Source: Eledone cirrhosa
Lineage: Eukaryota
Reading direction: 5' to 3'
NCBI GenBank assembly: GCA_964016885.1
Contig: OZ024747.1
Location: 39,432,001-39,496,000, forward strand
DNA: 64,000 bases
A program made the position numbers and the translations under genes. Under the pieces are notes generated by a model. That model did no database searches, was not told where the DNA came from, and saw only the letters and a list, made by a program, of their open reading frames with translations. Below, one piece after another: positions 59,959 through 64,000 of the stretch. Position 1 is the first letter of the stretch. Each line of letters opens with the position of its first letter.

Positions 59959-62830
59959 ATTATTAGGTTAAATATTGATGCAATTCAATTCAAGCACTCA
60001 ACGTAATTTTTCCACATAGGAGTGACGGAGTGAATATCGAATAAGGAAAAGCGAAGTAGTTTCAGATGTTCAAGTCCTTTAATAATAATGCTGTGATATA
60101 TTTTTCAATGACGACACTGGCCACACTGTTCTGTGTGCGAGTATCGTGACATCATCAGACAGCTTGTTACATAATAAGTTTATGTTTCCGAGGGAATCCA
60201 AATTGAATCGACATCGGAACGGATGATGTGTATGCTTTTGGGTTCTTCATCCGTTCCCCTGTGAGTACTAATTCACCCCCACCGGTCTGCGCAGGCGCAT
60301 GTCCGAAGGAAGTTGACCATTAGCTACCGCAGATTTCAACGAAATTCGCTTAGTCAGTTCACCCTCTCAGCCAAACAATGACCCACTTAGGTATGTACCA
60401 TAGTTTACTGCTACCCATCCCGACTGTGGCAGTAAGCCGAAAGCCAGAGGGGATGGGAGATCGTTAGTTTTTACAGGTCACAATACTACCTCTCACCACG
60501 CGTTGACAGTACGAGTGACCATCACCTCCTAAGAGAAAATAAGCTTAATTCCAGGTATCATGGTTTTACATTGGAAGTTATGAGTGAGAGTTGGAAATAA
60601 AAATTAAAATCCTAAATCAAATATCAGAAATTATAAATTAAACAATTAAAAAATTAACAATTAGAAATTAAAAACATGTTCAAGTGAGAATCCGGATTGA
60701 GGTGAGTAAAAAAATATAGATTGAAGTGAGTAAATAATATGGAGAGAGATGTTTAAGTAAGAAGTTCTGAGAGAGGTTCTAATGTCACAGTTACTCTATC
60801 CACATATTGAACGATAGTGCCGTACATTAGAACGGAGGGTAAACTACAGTATTCAAGGCAGTAGTCAATCTGGTACACAGTCATAATTTCTATCACATGG
60901 AACAAAACCAAAGAAAAACAGACATAAAGTACACAAAAGAAAAGAACCAATAATGAATAAATGCAAAAACACAGAGTACATATATGCAAAATGATCCATA
61001 TGATTGTCAATCTGTGAATGTATAGATTGAATTGAGGGGGCTCCTGTTCAAATGCGATTTGGTGCAGGAAAATAGGAGTTTATCTTAGTTTTTCTTTCCG
61101 CGTATTTAGCCTGCCGAAAGTTACTATTATGTCCGTCCAGTGACAGGGGTTTCCATCCCCACGGTAGAGGGAATTTCCAGGGGTAGCTCATGGTTGGTTC
61201 CTCTCTTCTCCACCATATCGGTTACATCATAGAGCGCTCAACTAATTGGAGCTAAATTATTAGGGTAAACATTGATGCAATTCAATTCAAGCACTCAACG
61301 TAATTTTTCCACATAGGAGTGACGGAGGAAATAATGAATAAGGAAAAGCGAAGTAGTTTCAGATGTTCAAGTTCTTTAATAATAATGCTGTGATATATAT
61401 TTCAATGACGACACTGGCCACACTGTTCTGTGTGCGAGTGTCGTGACATCATCAGACAGCTTGTTACATAATAAGGTTATGTTTCCGAGGCAATCCAAAT
61501 TGAATCGACATGGGAACGGATGAAGTGTGTGCTTTTGGTTTTTTCATCCGTTCCCCTGTGAGTACCAATTCATCCCCACCGGTCTGCGCAGGCGCATGTC
61601 CGAAGGAAGTTGACCATCAGCTACGGCAGATTTCAACGAAATTCGCTTAGTCAGTTCACCCTCTCAGCCAAACAATGACCCACTTAGGTATGTACCATAG
61701 TTTACTGCTACCCATCCCGACTGTGGCAGTAAGCCGAAAGCCAGAGGGGATGGGAGATCGTTAGTTTTTACAGGTCACAATACTACCTCTCACCACGCGT
61801 GGACAGTACGACTGACCATCACCTCCTAAGAGAAAATAAACTTAATTCTAGGTATCATGGTTTTACATTGGAAGTTATGAGTGAGAGTTGGAAATAAAAA
61901 TTAAAATCCTAAATCAAATATCAGAAATTATAAATTAAACAATTAAAAAATTAACAATTAGAAATTAAAAACTTTTTCAAGTGAAAATCCGGATTGAGGT
62001 GAGTCAAAAAATATAGATTGATGTGAGTAAATAATATGGAGAGAGATGTTTAAGTAAGAAGTTCTAAGAGGTGTTCTAATGTCACAGTTACTCTATCCAC
62101 ATATTGAACGATAGTGCCGTACATTAGATCGGAGGGTAAGCTAAAGTATTCAAGGCAGTTGTCAATCTGGTACAACCAAAGAAAAACAGACATAAAGTAC
62201 ACACAAGAAAAGTACCAATAATGAATAAATGCTAACACACAGAGTACATATATGCAAAATGATTTATATGATTGTCAATCTGTCAATGTATAGATTGAAT
62301 TGAGGGGGGGGCTTCTGTTCAAATGCGATATGGTGCAGGAAAATAGGGGTTTATCTTAGTTTTTGTTTCCGCCTATTTATCTTGCAGAAAGTTACTATTA
62401 TGTCCGTCCAGTGTCAGGGGTTTCCATTCCCACGGATGAAGAACCCAAAAGCACACACTTCATCCGTTCCCATGTCGATTCAATTTGGATTCCCTCGGAA
62501 AGATAACCTTTTTATGTAACAGGCTGTCTGATGATGTCACGACACTCGCACACAGAACAGTGTGGCCAGTGTCGTCATTGAAATATATTTCACAGCATTT
62601 TGGCAGCATCGGTAGAGGGTCGGACGCCATGCTTTGACGCATAGAGTTACGGCCCTTGCCATTCTGAGTTCAAATCCCGCCGAGGTTAACTTTGCCTTTC
62701 ATCCTTACGGGGTCGATAAAATAAAGTACCAGTAATGTACTGGCTAATTGCTGGCCTTGTGCCAAAAGTAGAAACAATTATTATTAAAGGACTTGAACAT
62801 CTGAAACTACTTCGCTTTTCCTTATTCGAT
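59959..62830 (-). repeat. Family C HHR array: about 1.9 units of 1297 bp plus an inverted segment (62432-62830) interrupted by a SINE
   Basis: HHRs at 60090-60163 (-), 61387-61460 (-), 62523-62596 (+): gctgt CTGATGA tgtcacgacact..agtgtcgtcatt GAAA tatata TC acagc, then attaaa in the tandem units. Confidence 0.9.
62600..62777 (+). mobile_element. tRNA-derived SINE inserted 3 nt downstream of an HHR
   Basis: tggcagcatcggtagag..gagttcaaatccc (B box) gccgaggttaactttgcctttcatccttacggggtcgataaaataaagtaccag..ggccttgtgccaaaagtagaaac; family C sequence resumes after it. Confidence 0.85.
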
Positions 62831-62837
62831 TATATAA

Positions 62838-62879
<42 letters not shown>

Positions 62880-64000
62880 ATGTGTGTTTCATGACTGGAA
62901 AGGTGGATTAAATTCCAATAATTGAAGGTACAATTTTTACAGTGATATTTTATATTTAAATCTTTGGAGGTTATCTTGGCTAATATAATGGGTTCTACAT
63001 ATAAATATATGTGTGTGTGTGTGTGCATGTGTGCGTGTGCGTGTGTGTGTGTGTACACTGTTATAAACATGTATATTTTCTTCTTACAAAAGTGATTTCT
63101 GTTATTTATAGCACCCATGCTATAAAGACGTAACCTATAGATATAGTCTATAAGGACTGATGACAAAATATTAAGCCTGCCTACTAAACCTTTAGTAGCT
63201 TCATAGATACCTAGTTTTATAAATACATAGATACTTAGAATTAATCTTGAGTATAATTTCTACAAGATTAAGTATTGGTTGTGATTCAATAGAACATAGT
63301 ACCCACATAAACAAATTATTCTCATGCCAAATCTAATTGTATTGGAATTTTAACTTTGGAATTTAATAAACACAATACAATTAATATTACATTGTTTTGC
63401 AACGTATGCAGAAAAGATATTTATTTAACTTTGAAATGTTTTCAATATACATCAAAGCATTGTTTCAGATGAATTTAATACTGTCCATATTTACCTATTA
63501 AGAAACTTATATTATACAAATAAGGTATGATATAGAATATATATTAAATAAATGAACATCTGAGAATATTAAGTTTGAAAAATACTGCAACAGAACAGGA
63601 ATATTCCGGAAAAGTAAATGAAAGCAAAAACATCAACTGTCCAATGATATAATGTGTCTCTTATGAAAAATATTTTTTTTACATTTTGTTAATTTATATT
63701 GCTGTAAACAAAACATGAGTTTACAAAAACAAACATGTCTATTAAAATGGAAATCTACTAGACGAATTCTTTTGTTTAGTTCCTTAAGCACACAGCTGAA
63801 AAATTACATTCAAACAAATGCGTCAGAGAATAATTAAGTTTTTCTATGCATCTTATAGAATTAGTCTAAATTATTTATCTAATTCCTTTTAAAAAAAATA
63901 ACATGAACTTATTATGTTAAGATATTTAGTTTTTATCTAGTTGTATATGTAAAGCTTCCCTTGTAACATTTATTCAAAGATTCACATATATACGCGCATC

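Overview
AT-rich, microsatellite-dense eukaryotic (animal) DNA with no recognisable intact host gene. The SINE and repeat types look mollusc/cephalopod (Octopus-like), but that is an inference. Almost all content is mobile-element derived: several decayed Penelope-like retroelements (PLEs; RT plus GIY-YIG, including Naiad-type YRDD elements), a decayed 6-kb Helitron fused head-to-tail to a 0.9-kb non-autonomous derivative, CRE-like non-LTR fragments and tRNA-derived SINEs. The ORF track misses the main signal: by eye I find about 35 minimal type I hammerhead ribozyme (HHR) motifs, intact or decayed. Twelve lie in three families of non-coding tandem repeats (about 466 bp at 41.0-43.3 kb; about 425-435 bp at 34.3-34.9 and 51.6-52.8 kb; about 1297 bp at 60.0-62.8 kb), with one HHR per unit. 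Three of these four loci have a PLE-type 5' inversion, so they look like retrozyme-like, probably circRNA-forming parasites of the neighbouring PLE machinery. Families A and B are divergent colinear relatives that share an ATGCAAAT octamer about 75-85 nt upstream of the ribozyme. All folds, alignments and coordinates were derived by eye; no searches were run.
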